From: Moniliella sp. 'wahieum' | Taxonomy: Eukaryota | Assembly (NCBI GenBank): GCA_003971905.1 | Contig: RSEE01000012.1 | Span: 62,001-126,000 of the forward strand | Direction of reading: 5' to 3' | DNA length: 64,000 nt | In this document: piece by piece, positions 47,459 to 60,488 of the stretch | Layout: the number at the start of each line of letters is the position of its first letter | Position numbering within the stretch: position 1 is the stretch's first letter | Program-made: the position numbers and the translations under genes | The notes under the pieces: generated by a model | The model's input: only the letters and a program-made list of their open reading frames with translations | What the model was told of the DNA's origin: nothing | Database searches by the model: none

Positions 47459-50400
47459 GGGCTCCGAACAGGCAGTCAGAATATAATCACCGCACCGCCA
47501 TGGTTGCTCCCTGAGCGGGGCACATGGGCAGTGTTGGGCCTGCTGGGGGGGGGGTCTCGGTTGCGTCACGCCAGTGCTGCGTTGGTTCGACAGCGGGCCA
47601 AAGCAGGCCAAGACGGGCCAACCAGCAGGCAAAAGCAGGGCGAGAGCAGGCCAACGCGGGAGCTCCTTGTCGCGTTGGCGTCGGTTGGACCGCAGCAAGC
47701 GGGCCCAACGCAGCTGCTAGTACTGAGTTGCTGAATGGAGACAGCGCCACCTCATCTCGATCAGAGCGCCATGATTCAGCCGGCTCTCGCTTGCTTCAGT
47801 TCTTCAAAATTAGCTCTAGCTTCAGCCTCAAGGCTTCTCAGTTCAGCGTCTCAGCCCCGCCCACACCGAACACCCCCCATACCCCAAGCCACACATGCCT
47901 AGAGCCAGCTCTTGCTCGCTGCCTTAGTAGCTTAGCATCCTCGCGTCTCGAAACCAAACAAAAGGGAGGAAGGGGTTCTTGGATGGTCCCTGGTACTTGG
48001 TGTTCTGTCGCATTCTGCTTGTTGGCAGCAGCCGAACGAGACACGGCTCTTAGTTTCTTCCTGGCTTTCCAAAGAAGGCGCCATGGTCCTCCTTTCGTGT
48101 ACCACCCTCCGGCACGCAGACATGGCCGCCTACCTCCCGGGGTTCCGCATCCTGTGCAGTGGTCCACTTCCAAACTCCATTCATGATCCTCTGAATGCTT
48201 CAGGTTCCATCACTCGGTAGTCACTAGTCAGTGCTACCCATCCCTCCCACCCCTCGTCCCACATCGAACATCCTCCTCCCCAGTCGGCTCGTTCTGGGGA
48301 TGTAGGTGCCAGTAAAATCGTACTAATCAAGCCAATCGTTGATAGGGCTGGCCAACAACAGACTCCAGAACAGCTCATCGCTCATCGCTTATCTCCGACC
48401 TCTCTTCCATCTTTTCTCGAGAACATGTGAACGTGTGAACGTTGTTGAACCGTCACGGTTTTCCCCCCTTGGGCGCGACCAAGTGACACGACCAGGTACG
48501 CATGTACCATGCACCATGCACTATGCACCATGCACGAGCAAGTATCCAAGTTTCCACTTGTTTCCACCCCTTCACCTCCGACTGTGAGGGTGTGGAGTGG
48601 TGCGCGAAGACACTACTGACTCAGTACTCATAGTCCACTACCAACAAAACTCAAAGGGCCCATTTTCCCACCAAAGCGCATTTCTTCAAGCGTCAATATT
48701 CGTCGCCCGCTGCGAGAGGCTCAGCACCTCAGCGCCTCAGCGCTCATGCTTGGCTCAGCGCCCATGGCTCACGGCTAGCTCAGGGCTCAGGCAGAAGGCC
48801 ATGGGGAGCAAGGCCACACAATTATACCCTATCGATGGGTTGGGAGGGGGCTGGGGCAGCTAGCTGTGAGCGCAGTGACTAGTGACTAGTGAGCGCCTAG
48901 TGAGCGAGCGCTGAGCCTATACGAGTGCGCTGTAACATGGAAGAGGTCAAACGATCCCCCTGGAGCAAGCCAACAGGACTACAGAAGCAAGAGTCGGAGT
49001 GGGGCGGCAGTGAGATATGAGACCCTGAGGCCTAAGGCCGGAGATGGCTGTTGTGGGGGTGGATGGGTGGATGTGTGCATTGGTCGAACGTGGAGGGATT
49101 GGGCAGGGCGGTTGCGCGCCGTTTTTTGACGGAGATCGAGAGCCAAGAGAAGCGAGCTGTGTTACTTGTTAACGTTTAACACGCATGGAGAAGTGAGAAG
49201 TGCGCTAGTGAGAGGGGAGCGAGGCTCACTGCGCTCACTAGCACTGACTGTCACTAGTGACTATAGTGAGGCCTGAGGCTCAGGCGCCAGTGTGCGGCCG
49301 CTGATGCACTGATGAGAAAGCTGGTTTTGGCGCAAGGGCATCCCAGCGGCACGGTGCACGGCATGCCCACCCCCCAGTGCGTGTGGGGATACTCGGCTAT
49401 AAGCGTGGGCGCGGGGGGGCGTAGAAGGCTCTGTAGAACGAGGACGAGGCGTAGGCTACGTGGGCTGGAATCTGCTGAGCTGGGCCAAGGGGTCCCTACG
49501 CCTGCTATTTCAAAGTGGCAAGCTGAAAGCCATCTGTCATCGACATATATGGAGGTTGGACCGCGGACAGTGGATACGGCGGCGCTGCTGAGTGCCTCTC
49601 AGTATCCAATACCCAGTACTCAGTCTGAGTACTCAGTGAGTACCCGTGTCAGTCTGTCACCGCGGCGCCCTGGTGTGTGGGTAGTACGTGTTGAGTATTA
49701 GTACACTGAGGCCACAGACTGAGGACTCAGACTGAGTGTATCGGCAAGGGGCGGGTGGGGGCCACGTGGCAGGGGAACTCGACTGGGCCACGTCCACCCC
49801 ATCCATTCCACGATGTTCGGATCACACACGAGGGAGCCGCTGTTCCAGAGAAGTCAGATGTCAGAGATCTCAAGATCTCAAGGGCCCAAACTTGAAGCTA
49901 GGTCCTGCCAGGACAGAACGAGGGAGGGGGAATGGGATCTTCGAGCACCGATTATCAGATAGCTTACGCTGCGCCGACCAACCACGACGACACGCGGGCC
50001 AGGGCCTCCCAGGGCCCAGGCCTGGCCACCAAGGGCAACGCATCCCATGCGTACTGCCTCCGACGTAAATGGTAATCTTCAACGCCAACATACTCCCCTT
50101 GTTCAATCGAACATTCGACCCAAGCGAGTCCGCGGAAGAGAAGCCACAAGAGGGGAGATGAGGTAGGATGGGACGGCGCGCACTGGGCGGGGGTTCGGAA
50201 TGGTTGATTGATCGATTAGCGGGGCGGTATGGATTGCGCGTTGCGTGGATGGGAGGTTGGATCTCAGCAAGCGCACCTGTATTCGGTTTGGCCCCTGAAT
50301 CCATTGGATACCGAGGTACTGATACTGAGTACTACTGAATACTGAATTGGGGTGCTGGGGCTTGCTGGCGCCTGGGCAGAATGCCAGGAGCAGCAGCTGC

Positions 50401-51553
50401 GGAAACAGGCCGAAGCAGGCAGAAGCGCAGTCGACGGCAATTGCTGTCAGATCCCAGATCCAGATCCAGATCCCAAATCGCAAGTTTCTGGTGCCTGGCC
50501 GAAGTTGCCGAGGCGTGTGGCCCCCTGCGGCTGCGCTGTTCTGCGATGCGCCTGGCACACACCGTGCGCGCTCCCCGGGCGCTCGTCACGCCCAGCACAC
50601 CGGGCACGGGGCACCGCGTTCTCGCACGCCATGCGGCTGGGCCACTGCCTCTGCTGGGGGCGGGGGTGGGGTAGCATCTAGGATAGGGCTGTAGGGTGCG
50701 AGGCGGGTGGGCGCAGGGAGTGCGCAGACTGGGCAGCTGTGGAGCAGTGCCAGTGAAAGGATCACCTGGCGGAGAATGCAGAATGGGTAATGAGGGTGTG
50801 TGGCGTGTGGTGGTGTGGGGTGTGTGCTCGGGTGCTGGGGGGCGCGGGAGGGCGCAGGCTGGGTCGGCGTGGGCTGCCTGGCAGGGCGCACGGCAGCAGC
50901 AGACACAGACTAACCACCTCCCGCTGCCCCACCCGCTACGTACCACACCCTTCCGCCGCCACATTCTGGCCAGGCCATCCAGCACCGCCTGCGACACCCC
51001 ACGGCGCCCGTGTGCGCACCTGCTCGGCCAGGCACGCCCCAGCGCCTCGGACCAGTCGCACAGTGCCGCTGTGCGGGTGCCCGCCCGCCAGGCACCGACA
51101 CGGGCGCCGTGCGAGGCGCCCCCCGCGGCAGGGCTTGGCAGACGGCCCAGTCCGGCCCCGCTCGCACTCGCTCGTGGCGGCATCAGCGGTCACCGCGTGC
51201 ACGCGTCACGCGTCATGCATCCCCATGCACCACGCCCACGGGCGGCGAGAGTGGGCGGGTGCGGGCCGGGCCGCTGCTGCTGCGAGCGGCTGGGCGGCTG
51301 CGGGCGACGCGGATGGCCTGGCCCAGCACAGCACGCGGCACGGCGCCAGTGGTGCGTGCGGGGCTTGGCGCCTGCACCCCGGCTGCCGCGGCCGGCATGC
51401 GCTGGTGCCCCTGCAGCTGGCTGGGCTTGCGCTTGGCGGAGCAAGTCGCGCTGGTCGCTGCTGGTCGCTGCCTCTCGCTGCTGCCCCGCTCCACTCGCTG
51501 GCAGGCGGCTGCCCAGGGTGTATATTCATTCGCCCCCTTGCGTCCCTTCCACC

Positions 51554-53462
51554 ATGCCCAGCCCCGCCCTCGCTCCCGCTGCTCCCGTTGCTCCCGCTGC
51601 TCCCATTGCTCCCGTTGCCCCGCGCCCCGCCACCACCACCACCACCACCACCACCACCACCGCATCCGTAACCCTCCCGCCGCTGCCCTCCTTGCACGCC
51701 ACCCCCCTCAGCCACCCCTCTGCCCGCCCTTGCCCACCCTCCCCCCGCGCCCCCCGCTGCCTCGTGTCCTCGCCCCGCGGCCCCCCTCGCCCACCCTCTC
51801 CCTCTTCTCCGCTCGCACCCTCCCGCCCCCGCCGCTCTCCTGCGCCAGCGCTCCGCCCACCAGCTCGCCCTCCCTCCGCCCGCCCCCGCCCCCTCTTCTC
51901 TCTCCACCCCCCCCGTTGCCCTGCCCCCTAACCCGCAAACGCCATGCATCCACCCACTCGTCCAGCTCCTCGGTCGCTTCCTCCTTTGCCGACGAAATCC
52001 CTACCCCGGCGCGACGAAAAGGAAGATGTGATGGACGGTCACCAGGGAAAGAAGCGCCGCTGCGCTTCCCGACCCCAGGACGCCTCGGCTCCTACCAGCA
52101 CCTCTGCCCCTGCCCCTGCCCCTGCCCTGCCCTGCCCCTGCACTTGCCCCAACTCCCGCTCCTGTACCAGCTCCTGCCCACACCCACACTCACACCCACA
52201 CTCACATGTCGTCGTCGCTTCTGCTGCCAGCACCAACCCTCATCCGTCGGACATGGTGCCGAGCAAAAGTCCAGCCGCTCTGCCCGTTCCATCCCGCCCG
52301 TGCCCACCAACCGACGCACCTGTTGGACCGCCGACGGACGACGTGACCTTGGTCGAGTCGTACATGCAGAGCCAGTGCAACAACCCGCACGAAATGTCGC
52401 GCCACACGAGCAGTGTGTGGCGCAAGATTGTGCGAACGATTTTTGGTTCTTCCTTGGCCCCGAGCGACGAGCGGGAGGCGAGCGATTCCGCACGTCATAG
52501 GCTCAAAAAACTCAAGGCTATGCGGCTCAGATCCAACAGCTGCTCTACACGAAAGATAAGCTGTTTATCTGGGACCCGGTGCATTCGTGTTTACGCGTCA
52601 ATGTGGCTGCGGGACATAGCAACGAGACGACCTGGGCCAAGATTCGCAACCCACAAGTACGCAACCGTCTGATGAGTACCAGTACCCTTGGTTCTCCCGC
52701 TTGACCGTCACCAGCAGCGATTTGCCCCCGATTTTCTCCACCACTCTGGGACACGAGTACTTCCCCGCTTCCCAGCCTACCTTCCCCGTGCCTGCGTCGC
52801 GAGAACCTCAACGACCTCCCTCGCATGTGTCCACCTACTCTTCCCCATCTCCACCGGCGTGCCCCCTCCCGGCGACGACAGCCTTGGCGCGCACCAGCAG
52901 GACCTGACCTGCACCTGCACCTCGACCTGGGGCTCGACCTGGACCTGGACCTGCAACTGCCTCGCCGAGTAGCTTACCTACCACCCACGCCTCCGCACCC
53001 GGGGCGAGCGTACTACTTCCCACCCGCCCCGCGGGCGTGGGCGCTGCTCTGCCCCATACTTCGTCCAACCCCGCGCTGCGTGCGTGCCACACTGGCCACC
53101 TACCGGCCTACTTCCCATTGGTCGCGGTGGACCTGACCGCGCCTCTGCCCACCCCGAGCCCGCTCCCATGCACATGTCTGCGCGAGACGTGACCCGCGCC
53201 GGGGGGAACAGTTTCCCCCCCCTGCCCCACCTGCGTCGGACCAACAGCCACGGTCATACCAATAGCACCAGCCACAGTAATGGTCACGGCAACAGTACGG
53301 CAACAGTAACAGCAGTACTGATCCGTGGCACCATTCTGTGCTCTTGCCTCCGCACGCGTCGCCTCTGCCCGGCTCGGCGAGACGGTCGACCTTCGTTGCC
53401 CCCCGCTCGCACTCGGCTGCTCTGTCGTCGTCTACCCTTCCTATGGTCCTACGTGGGTCTAA
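51554..53462 (+). CDS. Hypothetical Pro/Ser/Thr-rich protein with a small helical core, possibly a nuclear regulator; 3' end uncertain
   Basis: ACCATG at 51551-51556 after a TATATT near 51521; basic motifs (RKRH, KKRR); ordered segment DDVTLVESYM...VWRKIVRTIFG...ARHRLKKLKAMR. No family recognised. Confidence 0.45.
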
Positions 53463-54924
53463 GTACCGGCACGGAGCGCAGGGATCAGGAACGGTGTGCG
53501 GGGTTGCGCTGGCTCGGTTGGTTGGTCTTGGGGTGTTGGTGTTGGGTTTTTGTGGGGGTTGGTTCGTGTTACGTGTTACGTGTTGCGTGTTGCGTGTTGC
53601 TTGTTTGGTGTTTTGGGTTGTGTTGCGTGTTGCGTGTTTGGTTTGGGGGAGTGGGGGTCTTCTCTTCCTCGCTTTGTTGTTGGTTTGGTTTGGTTTGGTT
53701 CGGATCCCTCCCCCCTTTCCTTTTTCCTTTTTTTCTTTTTTCTGTTTCCTTTTTGTTCGTTGCGGTCCGCCGTCCGCCGTCCGTGCGTTACGCCGTCCGC
53801 TTTTTCGACCCGAGCCGGATCATTGATCCGATCCCATTCGATCCGTTGGCCCAATTGGACCCTTCCCCCTCCTCCTCCCTCCTCCCTGTCTCGCGTCTCG
53901 CGTCTTACGTCTCGCGTTTTTTGTCTCATCGTCTCTCTCCGTTGTACTACTGCCCCCCCCCCCCCCCCCACACTTGCGCACCCCACTGTCCCTTCCCACC
54001 CTCCTCTCTCTCTCTCTCTTCTCCTCCTCTCTCATCCTGTTGGTGTAACGTTGAACGGTGGTTCCGTTTGGACACTCGATTTCGATATCCCCAACTCTTT
54101 GGTTTGTTTGGCTTATTGGTTTAGATTATTGTTGGGTTGGGTGTGCTCGATGTAGTGTTGTGGCATGGACCAGCCCGCTTCTGGTCGACATCAAAACCCG
54201 CATAGCATCCCGCATTCCATGCGCACGACGGGAGGCGCGCGAGCGACGCCGCAATCGTCCACTGCGGCTGTATCAGTGGGGGTGTATGGTTCTAATGGTA
54301 GTAGGCAGTGTGGAGTGTAGTAGTGTGTAGCGTTTCGATTCGATAGTGGTAGTGGTAGTGGAAGTAGTACTAGTAGTGTGGCTAGTGGAACCCGAGCAGA
54401 TTGAGAGCATGCGCACCGTCATCGATCATCTTTTCGACGCACGGCTTATGGCCGCCGAGGACGTTCAGCAGCTGCATGCCACACCGTATAATCTGCGTGC
54501 AAATGGCGTTTCGGTGCCGAATGATCCATGGTTGGGGCCCTGGCTCGAGTTACCACAGTCACTAGTCACTAGTCACTAGTCATGCTCGCGCCTCACGGTT
54601 TGGTTGGCCGCATGCTATGGATTCAATATTCACGAGAGTAGTGTGGTGGTGGACTGAGTCCTGATAGAAGATACACGGGGAGATCGCACTCATCTCGCGT
54701 TCTGCATTTTGCATTCTGCATTCGGGGGTGTTTGGTTGGTTGGTGGATCGATCGATTGATTGATTGATTGATTCATTGAGGTTTGGTCTGTCCCCGCCCA
54801 AAAAGTCGCTCGCCCCACCAAAAAGTCGCTGCCTAGATGTGCACCACGGAGACGCAGTCACATGGAAAGTTGATGCCTGGGCGAGGTCTTATATGGGTCA
54901 TGTTCGACCTCTCCCCCCGTCGTT

Positions 54925-57265
54925 CTAGCTGATCCAGTCCGCCCACATACGCCCCACGAGGAGAAACAGGGAAGCGACGACGTTGCGAAACGGTAACTGC
55001 GCGTTAGTTGGCTGCCGACGCCTTGGACTTGGTAAGCCAGTGCCGGACAAATTCAATCTGTTCCGCATGGATTTGACGAATACGGGCCGGTTCCTTGTGC
55101 CGGTACGCGGGGGGAGACTGTTCTCGTCACAGTGGTGCCAGCACGAGGGGATCAACTTGAATGGTCGATCGAGCGTGTCGGAGCGCAGCCCGCCAAAGGC
55201 GTATACTCGTCCGAGTGGGCTGTGGCTGGGCGCCATGGGTCGACTGTACCGCGCCATGCACAAGTGCAAATAAGGGGATTCGGCAAGAAAGAAGCAAGCA
55301 GCAAAGAATAAAAGCAAAAAAGCAGCAAAGCAGCAAAGCAGTGAGTCAGCAAATCAGGCGCTAAGAGAGTGGTAGAGATAACTTGGTCTCGTTTTCCGGT
55401 CCCGAGTGAGGGGCGGTAAGGCGCGAACCAGGGCGCGAGGGCCGTAGAGCCTACGCCAGGTGTTCCCCTAGCACAGCAAGAGAGCAACGTACATTCTCCA
55501 TCGATGATGGCCAAGTTGTCCACCCAAGTCGAATCCACCCAGCGCATTGACTTCGGTCGTGTTGGGCGTCGAAGGCAAAGGTAAATACTTTGCCCGCTTT
55601 ATACACCGAGCACATATCCCGAACATAGTCCAGCGTCAAAAGCGACGATACTAGTTTCGGACCCGAGATGCGGCCCGTCTCAAATCCGACAGGGGCGGCG
55701 GCAGATAAAGTACCCCTGCGTCTGGCACTTGCCATCCCCACGACCACCATACACTCAAGTCACTTGGACCTTGGCTGGGCGTGCGAGTATGGGTTAGTAC
55801 CTACATCCATCCCACTGGCCTGAACGATCCCACCGATCCCAACGAGAGCAAAAAGGGGGTACGGGGTACGTACAACGAAGCAGGAACCGACGTTGCCAAG
55901 CACTGATCTGCCGCGGACCTTAGGTCGTCTTGTTTTGTTTGCTGGAACGCTGCCACGCACTCATCGGTATCGTGGTGGCGAGTGTAAGCGGCAAGGCGGT
56001 AAGTCTCCTTGGGCAGGTGCAGCCCGAACTCAGTCCCGTCCTGAGCAAGCGAACGGGACGATGGTGTGTCGGCCGCCAAGGCAGCGCAGAACCATCCCAG
56101 TACCGACCCGAGCTGACGACCGGGTCCCAGTTCAGGCCTTGGAAGTACCCCAGAGGCGAAGTGATCACATTGGCCAGATCCACCAGGTTCGTCAACCCGG
56201 GAACACCAAAGATGCGCAGCAACGCTTCCCGGTCCGAGCTGGTGTTGTGCCCAGTCAGGGGATCAAGAGCAAACCGGTGGCCTGCAACTCCTTCAACTTT
56301 GCTGGCCGGTAACGCGACGCGATCAAACCCTTCAATCGCAGCTTGTAGCGATTGCACACACGCCTGCTTGGCCCCCCGAGCAATGGGGAAAAAGTAAGGA
56401 TGGTAATCGGTCACCGCGGCCACCACGGCCGAACTGGCAATCGCACCGGTAAACAGTCCGGGTACAAGAGACGTAGTGGGCACTACGCTGGCCAGGGTAG
56501 CTACCGCCATACTGATCCAGGGCGTCTTGCCAGGCCCAGCAGTGATGTCTTCCTCGATCCCAGGTACTGGAGAAGACGCGCAAACCGGGCGCTGTCCTCC
56601 AAGGCAAGGGTGTTGTTGAGGAAACGCATGGCATCCGTGTCCCATGTATCACCAGGAGGAGAGATGGCACTACGGTTCGGGTAACTCGTGCCGTAGTACC
56701 GGTGTTCAGCACGATCGAGATCCCGTTTGTCTCGGCGGCGAGAATGTCGAGAATACCATGGTCCAAGTAGGGCAGTCGGTCCTCCCCATTCGCCCTCCCC
56801 GAGTCTAGCACATACACCACCGTCTTCGATCGCGCGGACGCTGCGACGGAGGCTTGTAGTGCTTCGTCGAGACCCAGTAGCGCTGCTCAAACGTCACGGC
56901 GTTGGAAGGATCGGCATGGTCAGCAGTTGGGTAAAAGTCTGGGCAGGATAAAGCTTGCGTAGCGTCGCCCGGTCCGGCCGCGGCACTATCTCAATCTCGT
57001 CTCCCACCAGACGCTCGTCACCCTCAGGCGCGAGACGGGTGGGTGGACAGCAAGGCTGTCGACGCCAAGGGCTAGCGCGGCGGCGCGCTGTGGTGGAAGG
57101 CGGTCAGACCAGGGATGGGGCGGGTGCGGCCGAGCGGGAAAGGGGCGGCGGCGGGCACATCGTCGGTAGCGGGGAAGACAAGCTGGGGCGCGCAGCGGCA
57201 ACAAGGGGGGCAGTGGCGACGGCGGAGGCGAGGCCGGCGGCGAGCCAGGCGGCAGAGACACGCAT
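54925..57265 (-). CDS. Secreted serine peptidase of family S28 (prolyl carboxypeptidase/DPP-II-like)
   Basis: Signal peptide MRVSAAWLAAGLASAVATA; EHRYYGTSYP; LALEDSARF; nucleophile motif YGGSYPG; GAIASSAVV; C-terminal HHCD. Confidence 0.88.
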
Positions 57266-57715
57266 GGTGGTGGGACGCTTCCGCACGTCGCAGCAGCCCA
57301 TCGATCTTCCATCCAAGGCGCTTATCGCCTCGGCCCTTCGAGTCGGCTTGCACCGCCTACGCCAGCACGTGGCCGATCACGTGACCCAGCCCTCGACTCC
57401 TCTCGGATGTACATATGGAACGAGGCAGGCGTTGATGTGATGATGGATGGCTGGGCACATGGGGATGCAGGACCACATGGATTGCCAGTCCTTTTTATTC
57501 AGCGTCCACCCAGCAGCACCGTCGGGAACAAAGGCACGAGGGGACGTAGCATGGAAGGGGGGGTACAGGATTAAGAGAGAGCATGCGACAAAAATACAGA
57601 AAAACGGCCATGCAGGATGGCGCCTGTCATCGAAGAGACGCTTTACGACAACATGTGGTAGTGTGGATCATGGGCGCGAGCTGGGACAGGGACGTTTGAT
57701 CAAGCAGAGCTGATC

Positions 57716-59811
57716 CTACTGTTTTCCTAGGCGGCGAAGGAACCATCCAGGATACACGGGCTCGCTCTTGCCGGCGTCTTGGACCGACTGCCCGTGTGTT
57801 GGTCCCATGTCCCACTTGGCGGACGGGGGTAGTGAGGAGGAGACTAGTTTCGGGGTGTAGAGGGTGGATGGACTGGGGAACGAATTGGCCTTCGTAGGCG
57901 GGTAGAGGCATGCAAAGCAATGGGTTGGGGTGGGTTGAGGTCGCATTCGTGCGACGATGGCACGTCGCACTGGGACGAAGAGAAAGCGCCTTCTTTGGCC
58001 GGGTTGGGATCGGAGGAAAGACCCCGTCGAAGACTGTAGCCCTTGATCCATGCACACGACACAAGCCCGACCACGACCAGAGGGGTATCCACAATCCAGA
58101 TGAGCCGAACTGCTAGGCTATATTCGTACTCGGCCTTGTGGGCCAGCGAAGGCGGCGACAAGGTGCGAAGGTAATGCACGTCGGCCAGTACACGGCCGGC
58201 GCATCGGGCGGTAAGCCTTCAATCGTCTTGGCGCGTCGGACCCAGTCGGAATTGAGGATCGCACCGCCAATCGCGATGCCCATCGTCGTCGACAATTCCC
58301 GCACGAAAAACATTGTTGCCAAGGTCGATCCAATCTCGGCCACTGGCATGCAGCGGAAAGGGCAATGATGGGTGTTTGGTACAAACAGCCGACGCCGAGA
58401 CCAAGGATCGCTGGAAATACTTCTTGCAGCGCCCGGCTCGTGGTGGAAGTCAAAATGCACATCAGGGCAAAACCCACGGTCATCAGACCAAACCCGATCC
58501 CCAGCATAAATCGGTAGGCACGCACTTTGGTGATAGCGTACCCAGCCACCGCTGAGACGAAGGAGGAGAACAGATCAAAAAGGGAGCGCGTACACACCTG
58601 ATAAGAGCGCGTCGGCCCCCGTGACAACTTGGTAAAAGTTGGGAAGGTAGTACGTTACGTTGATAAAGGTAATGCCGTGCATGACCACTTGTAGTAGGAC
58701 GAGAACGGTGGTGCGAGTGTGGAAGAGACGGCGTGCAACAATGGGCTGGCGAGTGGTCTTGGCATTCCAAAACGCAAACACGATCATCAGACATGCCCCG
58801 ACCACAATGGTCGCGATCGTCTCGGCCGTGTTCCATCCGTTTGTCTCGGCAGTGGAGAAACCGATGAGGAACAGAACCGCGCCACCACTGATGAGAAGAA
58901 GACCGGCAAAGTCAAATTCGCGTAGGAACTGGCGCCAAGGCATCACAGGCTTGGGGTTGAGCCGAAGAAAGAATACGAGCATGAACAAGGCAATACCACA
59001 AATTGGCAGGTTGATGTAGAAGCACCACCTCCAGCTCGCCCAGGTGGTCAACGCACCGCCCAGTAACGGTCCGGCGACACTCGCGATGCCCCAACACGCG
59101 CCAATCAAGCCCGAGTAACTGCCACGTTTTCGAGCGTGGTAATGTCTGCCAGGATGATTTGCGACAGGCTCGAGATGGCGCCCCTCCAAGACCTTGGACC
59201 GCACGGGCAACGATGAGCCAGCTAATGGTTTGGGCTGTGGCGGCAAGGGCGCTACCAAGCAGAAAGATGATTACCCCACCGTACATGATCGGCTTACGGC
59301 CAATCATATCGCTCAGTCGGCCGTACATGGGGTTGAGGGTGGTGGTGGCCAGCATGTAGGCGTAGCTACCCATCTGTCCAAACCCAGACTCTGGTCAGCG
59401 TCGGTCCTGCTGCTTCCCAACCCAAAGGGGACAGGGAGGGAGGGAGACAACCTACGAATAGTCTGCAGCGGTGGCGTGCAGCTCAGCTGCAATGGGGGCA
59501 GTGCAGGGGCGACGACGGACTGGTCCAGCGCTGCGGCAAAGACACAGAGCATCAAGGCGGAAAAGACAGCGGGCATGTGTTGGCTGGAATGCTTTGCTCG
59601 GGTTCGAGCTGAAGCCAGTGGGGGCTCGTGTGTTGGTCCGGGGTGATTGTGGGTCGAGGGGAGGAATTAGGGGATGAGGGATCGGGGAGGGGCCAGGGGA
59701 GGGGCGGGAGGGATCATGGGAGGGATCAGGAGAGGGGCAAGGAGGGTGGCTGGGTGTGTGCTGGCTGAGGCTTTCCCCGGCCGTCGGAGAGGGAGGAGAG
59801 GGAGGGAGCAT
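57716..59811 (-). CDS. MFS drug:H+ antiporter, DHA2 (14-TMS) family; intron ~59392-59455; 3' end approximate
   Basis: [10 protein letters not shown], motif [31 protein letters not shown]...[26 protein letters not shown]. Confidence 0.92.
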
Positions 59812-60488
59812 CGGAAGGCGTGGTGGCGAGATGGAGGGAGGGGGGGAGGGGGGGGTGGGCGGGGCGTGGGCGTGGGCGTGGGCATGGTGATGGTGATGGC
59901 GCAGAGAGTGGGTTGGGGGCCGAGGCGGGGGCGCGGCGCACATGAGCCGGCGTGGGGGGGGACAAACCCACGATGCGGTCGCAGAGATCTTTCCGATGGG
60001 AGTCGCTGGCAGACGATGATGATGATGATCATGATCATCTTGGATGATTGATCGATGGATGGACTTTTCTGATACAATCAGTCATGATCATTTTTCCTCA
60101 GCCACGGTGATGTCGATGATGCCTCCATTTATTCTCGTACAGCCTCAAACGCAAGCCCCCCTGCGACCAGGCAGCGATGGGCCGCTGGACGTACGTAGGT
60201 GATAGCCGGCTGCTGACTAGCGGACGAGTGCACGGTTGAGTACGTTGACCGAGGGGGGGTAAACGTTAAACGTTAACCCCTCTCGGTACTTGAAGCTTGA
60301 GAGTATCGCCCACTGCGGGGCCCCACGTCGGGCGCCATCTCCTTCCGCCCCAGGGCGGAACTGCGAGTGTGCCCTGGCGGGGCCTGGCAATGCACCGATG
60401 GGGTAGGTGGGCTGAAGCCGGCGGCTGAAGCGGTTAGACATGTGGACGCCCACGCGCTTCTCCCCTCCACCACCTCCTGTCTGCCCCC

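Noticed and set aside
53084..54155. Hydrophobic Cys/Val/Phe-rich ORFs resembling membrane proteins
   Set aside because: They translate GT-rich and T-rich simple repeats of a probable 3' UTR.
54925..59811. Secondary-metabolite cluster around the DHA2 transporter and S28 peptidase
   Set aside because: No PKS, NRPS, terpene synthase or tailoring enzymes in the window.
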